A DNA stretch of 63,328 nt, filler included, from Lenisia limosa (taxonomy: Eukaryota > Protista > Breviatea): the NCBI GenBank assembly GCA_001655205.1. It is 9 parts of 9 records of this genome, joined end to end, with 100 filler letters (N's around TTAATTAATTAA, not from the genome) between each part and the next. Parts side by side here need not be neighbours in the genome. Positions count along the whole stretch, not along the records: positions 7,462 to 18,143 come from LPNZ01006577.1; positions 18,244 to 32,060 come from LPNZ01010470.1; 7 more parts are not named here. One strand, written 5' to 3'. This document shows positions 12,391-24,200 of this stretch, piece after piece. The translations under genes were made by a program, and so were the position numbers. The notes below the pieces were generated by a model. That model had not been told where the DNA came from, ran no database searches, and was given only the letters and a program-made list of their open reading frames with translations. The first letter of the stretch is position 1; each line of letters begins with the position of its first letter.

Positions 12391-13300
12391 TTNNNNNNNN
12401 NNNNNNNNNNNNNNNNNNNNNNNNNNNNNNNNNNNNNNNNNNNNNNNNNNNNNNNNNNNNNNNNNNGCCAAAACTATTCCATAATAACTCATAATAACTC
12501 ATGAATGATTCTCAATCAAAATCACTTTATATTTTGACGTAATGTGGACCCCCACCTCCGTCCCATCAATTCCCTCTCACCCCCCAGGCCGTCTTTGTTG
12601 TACGTCCCTCTGAAGAGGAAGACTCCTTCCCCTACGCCACTGTAGCGCTTCTCGTTGCCGGCGCGGCTGTTCTTGGTATGCGGCTGGGCCAAGTTTGTGC
12701 TCTTTTTGCCTTCACCACCCCTTGACAATTCGATTTTGCCCAACTAGGGCTCCACTTAGGTTCGAAAAAGACTGATAAAATATCGATATTTATCGAAGAT
12801 TTATCGAGATATACATTCTTTCTTTTTTTTGAACCGAAGTGAAGCCCTACCCACAACCCCTTGACAAGAAAATACCATATGATCGAATTGTTTTGGAGGT
12901 TTTGTTTCAGAATTATTCTTTTCTTTTTTTTACCCTCGGGGTGCTGCGTTGACCTGGGCTTTGTTTTATTTTCTTCAATCATGTAAACAGTGTTGATTCT
13001 AGGTTGTTTTGTTATTTTAATTGGTATTGTTTTTGTTTCCTAAATTTTCCAATTTTCCAATTTACCCCCACTCCCCGAAATAAAAACCATATTTTACTCC
13101 CCCTTACCCCCCAGGAGGAGCCGGTTTCGCAGGCAGCAAGGCCCTGGGTGGAGGAGGCAGTGGCGCTGCTGCCGCCGCCGCTGATAAGGTGGGGTGCTTA
13201 TGGCGCAAACCACATCCTAAGAATTCCTCTATCAATCATCTAATCACCCCAGACCCCCGACTTCTCTACTGAAACTGTGGATATGGAGAGCATGGCCTAG
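7709..13300 (+). CDS. Type I membrane protein with beta-propeller-like ectodomain, ~17 exons; 5' end probably lost at gap
   Basis: In-phase exons include VMGVTYLGAFTTIKGYVGDSIVVTE, VIVAGSFIELENGDFVEGNITQ, VYVRNIAMFNFEDG, YNFEDKRWYSLGNIG, LLVWRSGNLYIERRRYTRMARYTDGEW, then a TM segment YATVALLVAGAAVLGGAGFAG, a Gly/Ala tail and stop TAG at 13298-13300. The VAGSF...NIA..D..W pattern resembles Rax2/kelch-like propeller blades. Confidence 0.75.
7805..7965 (+). repeat. Unclassified ~170-bp dispersed intronic repeat (copies ~2690-2802 +, 10424-10540 +, 11618-11702 +, 16486-16578 -, 45241-45325 -)
   Basis: Shared blocks GGGAGGCAC..AAGCTGTGTGCACAGAGTT, GGCAAATGATTGGGT, TATAATCCAATATCTC, GATGGTGTGGACGGCTTCGGCCAGAT and TTTATTTCTCATTGC. 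No TIR seen. Confidence 0.85.
10058..10155. mobile_element. hAT-type MITE with perfect 8-bp TSD
   Basis: TIRs (TC)GGGTTTCACTTCGGTTCGAAAAA / TTTTTCGAACCGAAGTGAAACCCTA. GGTAAGAG lies on both sides (10050-10057 and 10156-10163). Confidence 0.9.
10676..10750. repeat. Intronic minisatellite, ~21-bp unit x3-4
   Basis: GTTTAAGCCC(T/C)TTTT(G/A)TACCTC repeated. Confidence 0.8.
10765..10866. mobile_element. hAT-type MITE, diverged copy
   Basis: TAGAGCTTCACTTTCGGTTT ... AACTGAAAGTGAAGCTCT, with the same ATCGAT-rich core as the other copies. Confidence 0.7.
11395..11482 (+). repeat. Strand-locked TG-rich intronic repeat (~110 bp; copies ~2420-2505 -, 7545-7650 +, 12950-13075 +, 21925-21982 +, 26495-26590 +, 31315-31445 -, 34080-34135 -, 38120-38208 +, 49337-49365 -, 49800-49910 -)
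   Basis: Consensus CTTTGTTTTGTTGTTATCAACCC..GTGTGTT..CAGCCAACAGAGTTGATTTTGG..TTTCATAAATTTTCCAATTTTACCCCCC. Some copies retain only part of it. Confidence 0.8.
12745..12849. mobile_element. hAT-type MITE
   Basis: TAGGGCTCCACTTAGGTTCGAAAAA ... TTTTTGAACCGAAGTGAAGCCCTA, with degenerate flanks tgcccaac/cccacaac. Confidence 0.85.
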
Positions 13301-13852
13301 GCTGTCTTCGAATGTGTTATGATCATACATGTATTTATGGCTTTTTTTGATTGTGTAATATATTTCTGAATGCCAGCTTCTGTGCGATTCATTGACGTTA
13401 GTAAGACGTGATTGTGAGACCCTAGTTTCAATACTGCCAAAGCTAAGACCTGCTCCTGCTCCTGGCATATCTTGATTCTTGGCCCCTGGCGTTGTGATAT
13501 CAACATTGTCCCATTAGCCCAACAATAACCCAAATATTGGGATTTATTCCGGGCCGTATTAGTTTGGTGGGGGGGGGGGCTCAATCCGCACTCTGAACGT
13601 GGCGAAGCGGGGAGCACCAAACAGCTGTGAACCTCAGAGTGCAATTTTGGTATTTTGGTTTGGATCCTTGCGATCCTTCTCCTTGCTGTCAAAATTAAAA
13701 AAATCATGGGGATGGAGTGTATACCTTTTACCCTTATGCCACCAATGAATGAGAAAAAATCAGCAAATTCAACAAATAAATTTGAAATAACTTTTAAACA
13801 AAAAAACAAAAGGTTAATCAACATATATTTTGAAAAGGAAAAAGGAAGTTGG

Positions 13853-16800
13853 ATGATGTTTCACCTCATACTTCTTCTGCTCTTGGGACTCTCGTCAGGC
13901 TTCCAGCTCAAGTTAGACAATTCAATCGTTGCTAACAAGGATGTTACTATCAGCGGGATGACTGGAGGTTTGTTTATAATGGAGAGATATGTATACTGGT
14001 CCGCTCGAAAGTCATATCATGTCGGGTCGATTTGAGAGTTTCTTAGTTTCCTTATGGGACACGGGCGTATTTTAGGTTGTTTTTCTCTAGAACTAAAGAA
14101 ATTATATTAGGATAATTCAGCATTAGTCTCAATGCTAGGGGATAAAGTTCTTTATATTTATAACCAAATGTATCTCTGATAGTATGTTGTGCGTCATAAC
14201 TTTGAACGTGGTGTTTATTTCAGTGAAAACTGACCCATACAGGTCTCAAATCTTGTATCGAATCCACGCAACAAAACGGTAGGGTGAATTTGCTGTCGTC
14301 TCTGAAGCATAGATATCATTCGGTAATAGACAGTTGACTTTGTGGTGTTCACATTTTGAAGTAAAATTGTTCTCTCAAATAACTTCGAAATTTAGTGGAG
14401 TAACATTTATTGTTTGGTGTAAGTTTTGTCGAATTTTATACTGCCATTTTGACTCAAATTGACTGTATAGTTGTGCGAGACCTTGTGCTGAGGCACAGCA
14501 GCAACGCTGTTGAACTGTCCCGGTCTTTAAACGGCCTGGCTGCTTATCTTGAGGTACGCGTTCTCTTTGCAAATTTTCCTTTTGGGGACTGAAATGACTG
14601 GTCTTGTTGACCCTATATGATATATATATATATACATATGATATGTATTTGAAAGAAAACTATGTCATATACACTGACCAGGATAAGGCTCATACGTACA
14701 GTGACCGGGATAAGTCTTGACTTATTTGCTCTATGATTTCCCAAGGAAAATCGTTCAAGACTTATCCCGGTCACTGTATATTTGATATACGTGGGTCCTC
14801 AAAGCTCCGGACAGCAATCAATATTCACCGGACACAAAACCGGTTCGGCAGATAAAAGAGAAAATGACCTCTTAATGTTCCCCAACTTTTTTTTTCAATT
14901 TTGAGCAAGTGTCAAAAATCCGTGAATTTGGTCTCCCGGGGTGGCCCCTTTTGCCTTTTCACGGGATTTTTTTCTTACTCTATCCTCTTTTAGTGTTAAG
15001 AAATTTGGGTTTGAGCCAAGAATATGTAAAAACCGCATTCAATCTGTGATTATGACTGAAAGGGAAAATTCAAGCTGTCCGGGAGTTTTGATGTGTCCGG
15101 AGATTTTGAATGATGTCCGGAGCTTTGACCATATATATAATATGTATTTGATACTATTTGAGATATTTGAAGGTGGTGGAAATAATAATCTCCTGTTTGC
15201 ATAGATTTGAAAGACCCATGGTTGGATGGTAATATGCCTTCCTTAGCGTTATTCGGTTCCATTATTCGGTTCCATTATTCGGTCTCCAACCAAAACCGCC
15301 ATGTATCATCTTTATCTATGTGATCAATGACAATGGTCATTGCGATATCTAAAACTGTTTTTATCCGATCAGTACCGGCAGTTCGCAGAAGTCAATGCAA
15401 CGACAGTCGCAATCGGCGATGGGGTAACTTCGATCCCGATCTCGGAATATGGCACTTTCTTTGTTCAGGTTGGTGTGGGTCTTAATTGGGAGGATTGGTA
15501 TGGCTAATGGTCATGAGGGACATTGTTGTTTAGTATGCTCTTCGGTGAGTAGTATTTATCGAAGATAAGTGGATGGATTAAAGTACCAACTATAATTGAA
15601 ATGATGGGACGTTCCTATGCTGCTATTTATTTCAAATTCAAAACATATTTATTACCAAATGAGTGTGTGGAATCGATTTGACGCAGTACAAACTCAGGTC
15701 TTAAGAGCTTTTAATATGACTATTTCGCCTATTTCAATATTGATTTCTCAAATTCCCTCATGTTCTCCAACGGAAGGAAACTTATCACCAGGTCTGCGCT
15801 GATTTCAGTGGCGCCGAAATTTGCAGCAACGGCATAGTCATGACGGTTTCTCCCGGATCGTGAGATTTTCATCACTTTTTGAATTATTTTCACACGTGTG
15901 AACTATCATTTTTCACGCACTTATATGATACCTCATATCCACTCGTATGGTAATTGATCTGCAAGTCACACTGATCCTCCGATATACTTGGGATGAACCC
16001 TCGTGCTATTTTCGTTCATTATTTCGACTCGAAAGTCGGTCATATGATCATATCACTTGGGGGTATGGGTCAACATAGGCATACGTCTGGCCTAAGATAA
16101 ATTACCGTTTTTAATATCTTCACAGGCGCTACTATCTGACCAACACGGCATCTGCTCCAGCTTCTGCTTATGTTTCCAATGCCTTGGTTTGGCCACAAGG
16201 TGACTGGACATTTGAGGTGAGCTTATTCTTCTTGTCGTTGTTCTTCTTTTGATGAATGTTTCATAATTAGGGCTTCACTTCGATTCGAAAAAGAGTGAAT
16301 TTCTCGATAAATCCTCGAAAATTATCGATATTCTTTTCGAACCGAAGTGAAGCCTATTCATAGCGTCCTCGAAATAGACTTTGATTAATTATGTTGGTAG
16401 TTCCTGACCAGTTATATATAACAGTACTATAGTTTTACAATAGTCTATAAATATGAACAGTACATGATATTACATGTTGTTCATTGTTAAGAGATATTGG
16501 ATTATAGTATAATATTGATCCACCCAATCATTTGCCTTACAACTCTGTGCACACAGCTTTGTGCCTCCCAAGCATAGTTCATTATTATATTTATGATATG
16601 GTCTAAAGAATTTCAAAACGGTATTTTACAAATACACCATTATACTACGATATCTCTTGTACATATACATATAATATATTGGTTATAATAACAGTGGTAT
16701 TTTCATAAAAAGGGTGTTGTTGTTTGTTTTATCCTCTTTAGTCGTACGTGTACCTATCAGATTTCTCCGACTCATCTCTTTGGGGAACAGGCTCTAACTC

Positions 16801-18044
16801 TTAGTAAGCTGCAGAACAGTGGGTGTTGAACACTTCATGTTACCCTAAGACGTCCATTCCAAAAGCTGTTTTACGTTTTAGTGGTTGCCTTTTCTCTTTT
16901 GACTCGTCACAAGCGGCTGATCAACTCCTCTTTTGTGTATGCTTTGGCTGCTCTCATTGAAAAAACAGGGAGACATTCTTAATGAAAGTGACCTTTTATT
17001 CATATTACCTGATATGATATTGATTTAAGAATCTTTCTTCACTGGAGAAATCATGACTGTTTAGGTGACCACCGCTGGAAATTTGCACTACTGGGCCAGT
17101 GGAACAAGTGCATCAACTGGACTAAGCCCTCCCCGTAAGCTACTTCTCTTGTGCTCTTTTTATTTTCTGATATAATAAATATGCTTAGCATTTTTCAATT
17201 TTCAGCTATTTCTTGCTCTTAATGTACCTTTTGTTTGCGTATTGCTTCATGTAACTTATATGTACCATATGTACTTGTAGATCTGATCCACATGATTTGA
17301 AATAGATATTATGTAGGAGTCCATAATTTCTGCCTTTGTAAACCCCATTCACACTTCACATTTCGCAGAGCAACAGTGGTTCCATTTTGCGGTTGTGGGA
17401 GATCGATCTGCTGCAACAGCCAATATTTACTTTGATGGGGTCTTGAAAACTACCGTGTCCTTTCCCATGACCGATTCCACTCCTGGAGTAGGCAATAGGG
17501 CGAATTCAGTTCTAACCAAGGACTGGCTTTTAAATTTGAGACGTTGTTACTATTTTGCCTCTTTGATCAAATTGACTTAGATTCCCAGTTTTCACCATTG
17601 TTAACCTGCTTGTATTTTTTTTCGGTTTTATTTAAATTTGCAACTCCGTTTGTCCCCTCTATCATTCACCACAAGTCCTTCGCGTTCTTTACTGATGGAG
17701 GAACTGCTGCAGTGAGTTCATCATACTTCCCACCGAAAGGATGCCGCGTTGCCAATGTAGGCCAACAGTGTTGTTTTCCAACACAAAATTTGTCCTTTGT
17801 CCTTCTGTTTGTCCCATTCCAGAACTATTTGAGCGTAGGAACAATCAGTGGTTTTGCTCTTTCAAAGCGGGTTTTTCCGGGGTTCTTTCGTTCCGTAANN
17901 NNNNNNNNNNNNNNNNNNNNNNNNNNNNNNNNNNNNNNNNNNNNNNNNNNNNNNNNNNNNNNNNNNNNNNNNNNNNNNNNNNNNNNNAGTTGTCGCTCTA
18001 TCTGACTCAAATCGGCAGTGTACTGCTGATGTCGGTTCTGAGGT
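13853..18044 (+). CDS. Secreted/surface protein with LamG (concanavalin A-like) domain; 3' truncated at gap
   Basis: Signal peptide MMFHLILLLLLGLSSG. Later exons encode WPQGDWTFE and QQWFHFAVVGDRSAATANIYFDGVL, matching the LamG-like W.H.A....lY.DG pattern. Confidence 0.75.
14699..14776. mobile_element. Tc1/mariner-type hairpin MITE
   Basis: TA-CAGTGACCGGGATAAGTCTTGAC...TCAAGACTTATCCCGGTCACTG-TA. A partial half copy precedes it at ~14672-14690. Confidence 0.9.
14791..15131. mobile_element. CCGGACA-motif TIR element, internally deleted copy of 2971-3606
   Basis: Same termini and internal blocks (GACCTCTTAA..GTTCCCCAACTTTTTTTTCAATTTTGAGCAAGTGTC; TTGAGCCAAGAATATGTAAAAA), but ~300 bp shorter. 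Confidence 0.85.
16268..16356. mobile_element. hAT-type MITE
   Basis: TAGGGCTTCACTTCGATTCGAAAA ... TTTTCGAACCGAAGTGAAGCCTA, with flanks ttcataat/ttcatagc (6/8). Confidence 0.85.
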
Positions 18045-18055
18045 ATGTGCTGAGA

Positions 18056-18143
18056 AAGGCTTCACTTCGGTTCGAAAAAAGAATGAATTTCTCGATAAAT
18101 CCTCAAAAACTATCGATATTTTACCAGTCTTTTTCGAACCGAA
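18056..18143. mobile_element. hAT-type MITE, right end in N
   Basis: GGCTTCACTTCGGTTCGAAAAAA ... TTTTTCGAACCGAA. Confidence 0.8.
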
Positions 18144-18260
18144 NNNNNNNNNNNNNNNNNNNNNNNNNNNNNNNNNNNNNNNNNNNNTTAATTAATTAAN
18201 NNNNNNNNNNNNNNNNNNNNNNNNNNNNNNNNNNNNNNNNNNNTATGTATATGAGGTCAG

Positions 18261-21200
18261 AATTCTTTGAAATGATCTTGGCTGATCTAGAATTGAAGTA
18301 AAACCACAAATCTCGCATAAGGAGCCTTTAATAAACACTACTCCAATTAGGCCCGATTTCTTCTGGTCACACTATAGATTTTGACAGACTATCCCTACGA
18401 CAGCCTTCAGTACTTCCAGGCCTACGATGATTGTCTCGAAATCGTAGAAAAAGAGTATGTGCCTGATTTGTGATTGGAAGGGATATTAAAGCACGTGATG
18501 ATTTCTTGTTCAACAAATGAGCCCCAAGCTTATCCTCTAGTAATCCTGAGAGCCCCGTTATGGTGCATTCCGTTCTGGCTTCTGTCTTCAAATTCATCGT
18601 TATCCAGGCTATCAGAGTGAGGGGGAGGGACACACATTCCACTTTTGTATTGTTCTTCATTGTAACAGTATAATCGGCTTCTTTATCTCAGCATATCTTT
18701 GCCTTTTTATTCACCATTTCAGTGTCGCATTGATGAGCTCGAAGCCATAGTAAAAGACCTGGAAAAGGTGGGCATGCTTTAGAGTACATCATATAAATAT
18801 AACAAATTGTTACTGCCCATCCCCCCCTCCCCTCCCTTCCTCCCTTAACTCTGCCTCACTCCATTTGACGGAGTAGGAGTCTGTGGAAGTAGGTCCCGTT
18901 GGTCTGGAACGTGATGAGCTGTTCTCGCTTCTACAGTGTATGTTTGGGACTGAGGCAATTGAATTCTGTCCTATTGTTTCTGTTATCCATCCTACCTTCA
19001 TTTTGCCTTCCATATCACACTTCTCAGCCGTAACGGGGGTGGAACAGTCACCAAAGCTTGTCACTCGCAAGGCCTTTGCTTCAGGAAAGTTGAATGTGGG
19101 AGGCCGTAGTGCAGGGAGCTTTGTGAAATTGTACATCATATCAGTCATCAAAATCCATCATAAAAGACCACCTTATGGTTTTCTTGCATCATCTCTTAAT
19201 ATTATTGTGGCTCCATTATTTTGTTAACATTCAAGCCCGTTAAGAGAGCAGAAAGCAAATCCCGTATCTTAATGACAGGCATTTCATCAGAAGCCCTATT
19301 TAGCAATATCGCTATGTAAGCTGGTTATTCTATGTGCTCCTTTTATTATCAATTCATTTGACTTTTCGCTTGACATCAATAACATCATGTTATGTGTGTA
19401 ATTTAGAAGCACCAAGGAACTTAAATAACATTCTTTATAACTTCTGTAGGCCGAAAATCGAGATATCAGTTCAGGAGCAAACAGATGAGCAACTGATCCA
19501 ATCCATGGGCCTTTCCATGCAGCTTGAAGACGACTGTATCCAAAACACTGAACAAGGTGAGGGGAAGATGTATGTCATCCCTTGCTTTGGCCAATACCCC
19601 CTCTGATGGACCTTATACAATGAAGCTCAATACATATAAATTGGCACAATAATCCATAAAATTAATAACTTCCCAAAGGCTCTTGATAATATATGCAAAA
19701 ATGAACTTTTGATATGAAGCGCCTTTCTGATCCCCCCTCCCTCCAGAGAGCCAGCCAGATACAATGACCGCCGCTCTCAGGGAAGCCTTGGCCGAAGTGG
19801 TGGTTTCGCCGCCACCTCAAGAAGGTACCTGGGTGACTGTGAGGCTATTATGTTACCTTGGTTTACTGTTGGGGTGTTGGGGTATCATGGAAGATTTTGG
19901 TATTGTTGAGCTACGGAAATCAATAGGTTTCATCTCCTCCGCCCTTTCCTCTTATCCGCAGAAATTGAAGGAATCGATGCCGGCACGGGCAGGCTCCTTA
20001 AGAGTCAGCCGCCTTCAAGGAAAGTGTCACCTTCTCTAGAAGATGTGAGGCGGGGGTTATTGTAGCCCATTTTATAATTTGAAATAAGGTACAGATCATC
20101 TCTTGCAAAACGCAGTATTTTTTTATTATTTTTTATTTTTTTGTATTTTGAGTATGTAATTCCTTTGTTTTCAAGTACTAATTGGGGTTACACTATAGCA
20201 TAAAAGACAAAAGAAGAGTTTTTAATAAACCAACTAACGATCTCATCTTTTAGCAAGAGGAAGGTGCGAGTAGTCCGAATCTGCTGTCCCCAAATTCATC
20301 TAAATTGCTTTTCCAGCCCCCTGTAAGTTTGGTCATGCAATACGGCTCTTTTTATGAACGCAGAATTAGGCACTAATCATTCATCATTCATGAAGCATTT
20401 GGATTGCTACTCTTACACAATATAGAAGAAGGGTCATCGCCGTTCAAACTCTCATGTCAGTAAAAAGAATCGCGGTGTGATGGGGTCCGAGTTTTTTGGT
20501 CATCAATTCATAACACTCCAACATGAAAACAGAAGGCTCAGCTACTTTTTTTATGTAACTATTTGCTATTGTTTTAGGGGGAGTATTATTCAAAAGAGAA
20601 AAAAAAGAGAATACAGACAATTATTCATTTCACTCCTTTCTCACAATTCAGGTCTTCAAAATATTGGTGAACACGGTAAGGCAGAGCTTCTACCAATCAC
20701 TATTTTCGAAATACATTTATAATTAGATGTTACATTCATTTTGCTACTTTGTTTGGTGAGTTCTGTTACAGTTTGACACATTCCTTCTCTAACCTTGTAT
20801 TTACTCAGATGAACTGTCTGTTGGTCCTGGTATGCTGGGCTAATCTTTAGTTTTCCTTATTGGGGGCAAGACATTATAAATATTGAGGAAGATAGAATTG
20901 TAACATGGGCTAGGTACTTAAAAATGATACAGTCCATACTTTTCCTCCCTTTCTTTTTTCCAACTTTCCAATATTCATTCGTGGGGAACAATAAGCTCTC
21001 AAAAAAAGCTATATTGCCTTTATAAAAAGAGATTGATATTTATATTTCGGGCTTTGTACCATATTGTATATTATATGATATACTATCCGTTTTTAGTACT
21101 GGAGGAAAACCTCACCTCAACCCCTTGATATTTCTCACACTTCAGACACGCTATCTCCCAATACATCAGGATGCGTGAACTTCAACCATGGCAGTGGGGG

Positions 21201-24200
21201 GGGGGGGGGNNNNNNNNNNNNNNNNNNNNNNNNNNNNNNNNNNNNNNNNNNNNNNNNNNNNNNNNNNNNNNNNNNNNNNNNNNNNNNNNNNNNNNNNNNN
21301 NNNNNNNNNNNNNNNNNNNNNNNNNNNNNNNNNNNNNNNNNNNNNNNNNNNNNNNNNNNNNNNNNNNNNNNNNNNNNNNNNNNNNNNCATCACCAACACT
21401 GAGGGCCGCGCCGTCTTTCGAAGCCCTTTCATCCTTTGCTGAGGAAATGAGTGGGCAAATGGACGTATATGGCTCTTCCCTTCAGTACAATAACTGGATT
21501 CCACTCGGAAACAATCGATAATTGGCGGTTATTCAGATCATCAGACAATATACAGTTGAATATTGTTAACATTCCCTAGACAACCTTGAGAGTAATGGTG
21601 AACTTGAAGAGGAAGAAATCCCTTTCACGATTCCTGTTGAAGGTAGGATATGGCTGATGAAGGTGGCTCACTTTGTGACAGACAAAATGTGTATCAGATA
21701 TTCCAATGCCTGAGTCCCAAATTGTGTTGGATTGACTACTGTGCTCCTTCCCATGCTTCATTTTATTACCTTCACACTGTCCCAAGTACATTTCTCATTT
21801 CATATTGTTGTATTTGATGATTAAGTTGTCTATTCCGACAGGATCGAATCTCTTTTCACCACTAGCACCCTCACCCCTCCTCCCCTAATATTCGTCATTA
21901 ACTTTGTCTTCTTTTCACCCACACTCCACCCAACAGAGTTGATTTTGGGGTTTTGTTTCTTACAATTTTCCATTTTTATCCCNNNNNNNNNNNNNNNNNN
22001 NNNNNNNNNNNNNNNNNNNNNNNNNNNNNNNNNNNNNNNNNNNNNNNNNNNNNNNNNNNNNNNNNNNNNNNNNNNNNNNNNNNNNNNNNNNNNNNNNNNN
22101 NNNNNNNNNNNNNNNNNNNNNNNNNNNNNNNNNNNNNNNNGTCGGTTCGTGGGGCTTGATAATTAGGCATGATTATTTTCCCATTTTCATGTTTTCATGT
22201 TGGAGGTTTGGTTGGGGATGGGAGGAGTCTTGGAATGACAGTTAGCTGTCTTCTACTGACTGCAAGGTGGTTTTGTTTTTATCATGTAGTTATGTTCTAA
22301 GCCATCATGATTTTTTAATGGTGGTGTACAATCTGACAATATCAGGCCTTGTATCCCCTGGCTAATAGCCATAATAATTAGATTTTTTAGAATCCCACCC
22401 CCCTCAGAAAGACGCGGGCGCTCCAGCAGCACGGGAAATGACGCTCTGCCCACAGACTTTATGGACACTCTGCTTGCAGAACAGAACGAAAAGAAGGCTG
22501 AACTGGACCTGGAGGTACATGAAAATGAAAAGAGAGCTGCTGAGGAGCATCGCAGGTNNNNNNNNNNNNNNNNNNNNNNNNNNNNNNNNNNNNNNNNNNN
22601 NNNNNNNNNNNNNNNNNNNNNNNNNNNNNNNNNNNNNNNNNNNNNNNNNNNNNNNNNNNNNNNNNNNNNNNNNNNNNNNNNNNNNNNNNNNNNNNNNNAC
22701 AACATTTGATTATTATAATTCTTTGCTTTTCTTCTTAAATATTCATCCATTTAGTTAAAGACCTGACTGTTTTAGAAAAGAGGAGGCTGAGAAAGCCTTG
22801 AAGTTACAGGCAGTGCTGGAAGCCGAGAAGAAAAAGAGAGATTTGGAGGATGAGGAAGAAAAGAGGAAAGAAGAGGAACGGAAGAAGGAAGAAGAAATGA
22901 AGAAGAGGGAAGACGAAGAAAGGAGGGTGAAAGAAGAAGATAAAAAGAAGGAAGAGGAAATGAAACGGAAAGAAGAGGCAGAGCAAAAGAAGAAAAAAGA
23001 AGCAGCGGTATTAGCAGAGAAAAAGAAGGAAGAAGGAAAAAGGAAAAAGATGGAAGAAAAGAAGAAGCAAGAAGAAGAAGAGAAGAAGAAGCTGGAGGAA
23101 AAAAAGAAAGAAAAGGAATCAGTTTTTTTGGCAGAAAAGAAGAAAGCAGAAGAGGAAGCGAAGAAAAAAGAGGAAGAGAAGAAGAAACAAGAAGAGAAAG
23201 AGAAGAAGAGAAAAGAGGAAGAAAGGCTTGCGGAAGAGGCTAAACAAAAGCTGGAAGAGGAGGAAAGAAAGAAGAGAGAAGAGGAAGAGAAGAGAGTTAA
23301 AGAAGAAAAGATGGCAAAACGAGCAGAGGAGAAGAGACTACTTCAAGAGAAGGAAGAAGAGAGATTAAAACTTGAAAAGCAAGCTAAAGAAGAAGAAGAA
23401 GAGAAAAAGAGGGCTGAGGAAGAGAAGAAGGCTGCATGGAAAGCCGCGCGACTCAAGATGGAGCAAGAAAGCCAAAATGCCGAGCAAGCAGCACTTGAGG
23501 AGGCTGAACGGAAAAAGAAGATGGAGGAAAGGAAAGCGGAAAGAGCTGCCCGACGCCAAATGATCGCTGATCTTCAGGCCAAGGCAAGAGTGGGGGGGGG
23601 GGGGTTCAACTTTGAAAAANNNNNNNNNNNNNNNNNNNNNNNNNNNNNNNNNNNNNNNNNNNNNNNNNNNNNNNNNNNNNNNNNNNNNNGCTCAAATCAG
23701 TGATTTCTGGGTGTGTATTGTTATAATTTTCAACAGTTCAACACTTGTGTTTCCACACCCCGTTTTGATTATTATTGTTACAATTGTCTTTACATAGCGT
23801 ATCATATGATCGAGACCTTCTCTTCCCAACGAACAACTATCCTTTTCATTGATGATTTTGCTCTTTAGGATGTGGATTCCCAAAAAATGATAGAAGAAGC
23901 AAGCAAGAAGGATGAAGTCAAAAAGGTGATTCCCTTATTCCTAACATACGTTTACACTCTCATACGTTGTTTTCAACATCATTTTTAACCATTCCATTCA
24001 CTCAATAGGAGGAGGTAGCAAAGGAAGAAGAAAAGAACGAAGAGCCCGAGGAGAAGAAGGATGCACCTAAGAAGCTGAACCTTGCTGATAGATGGAAACC
24101 ACAGAATGAGGTATTGGGTTACGTTATTTATTATAATTTTTGCTGTTGTTTTTTTTAAAAAAAAATGAAATATCTCTAATATGATAACAAACAAGCTGTT

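Noticed and set aside
13297-13824. 175-aa minus-strand ORF between two plus-strand genes
   Set aside because: No recognisable motif. The candidate introns are implausibly short, and it overlaps a stop codon and a likely promoter.
22804-23563. Antisense F/L-rich and alternative-frame K/R-rich ORFs
   Set aside because: These are shadow ORFs of the low-complexity E/K exon.
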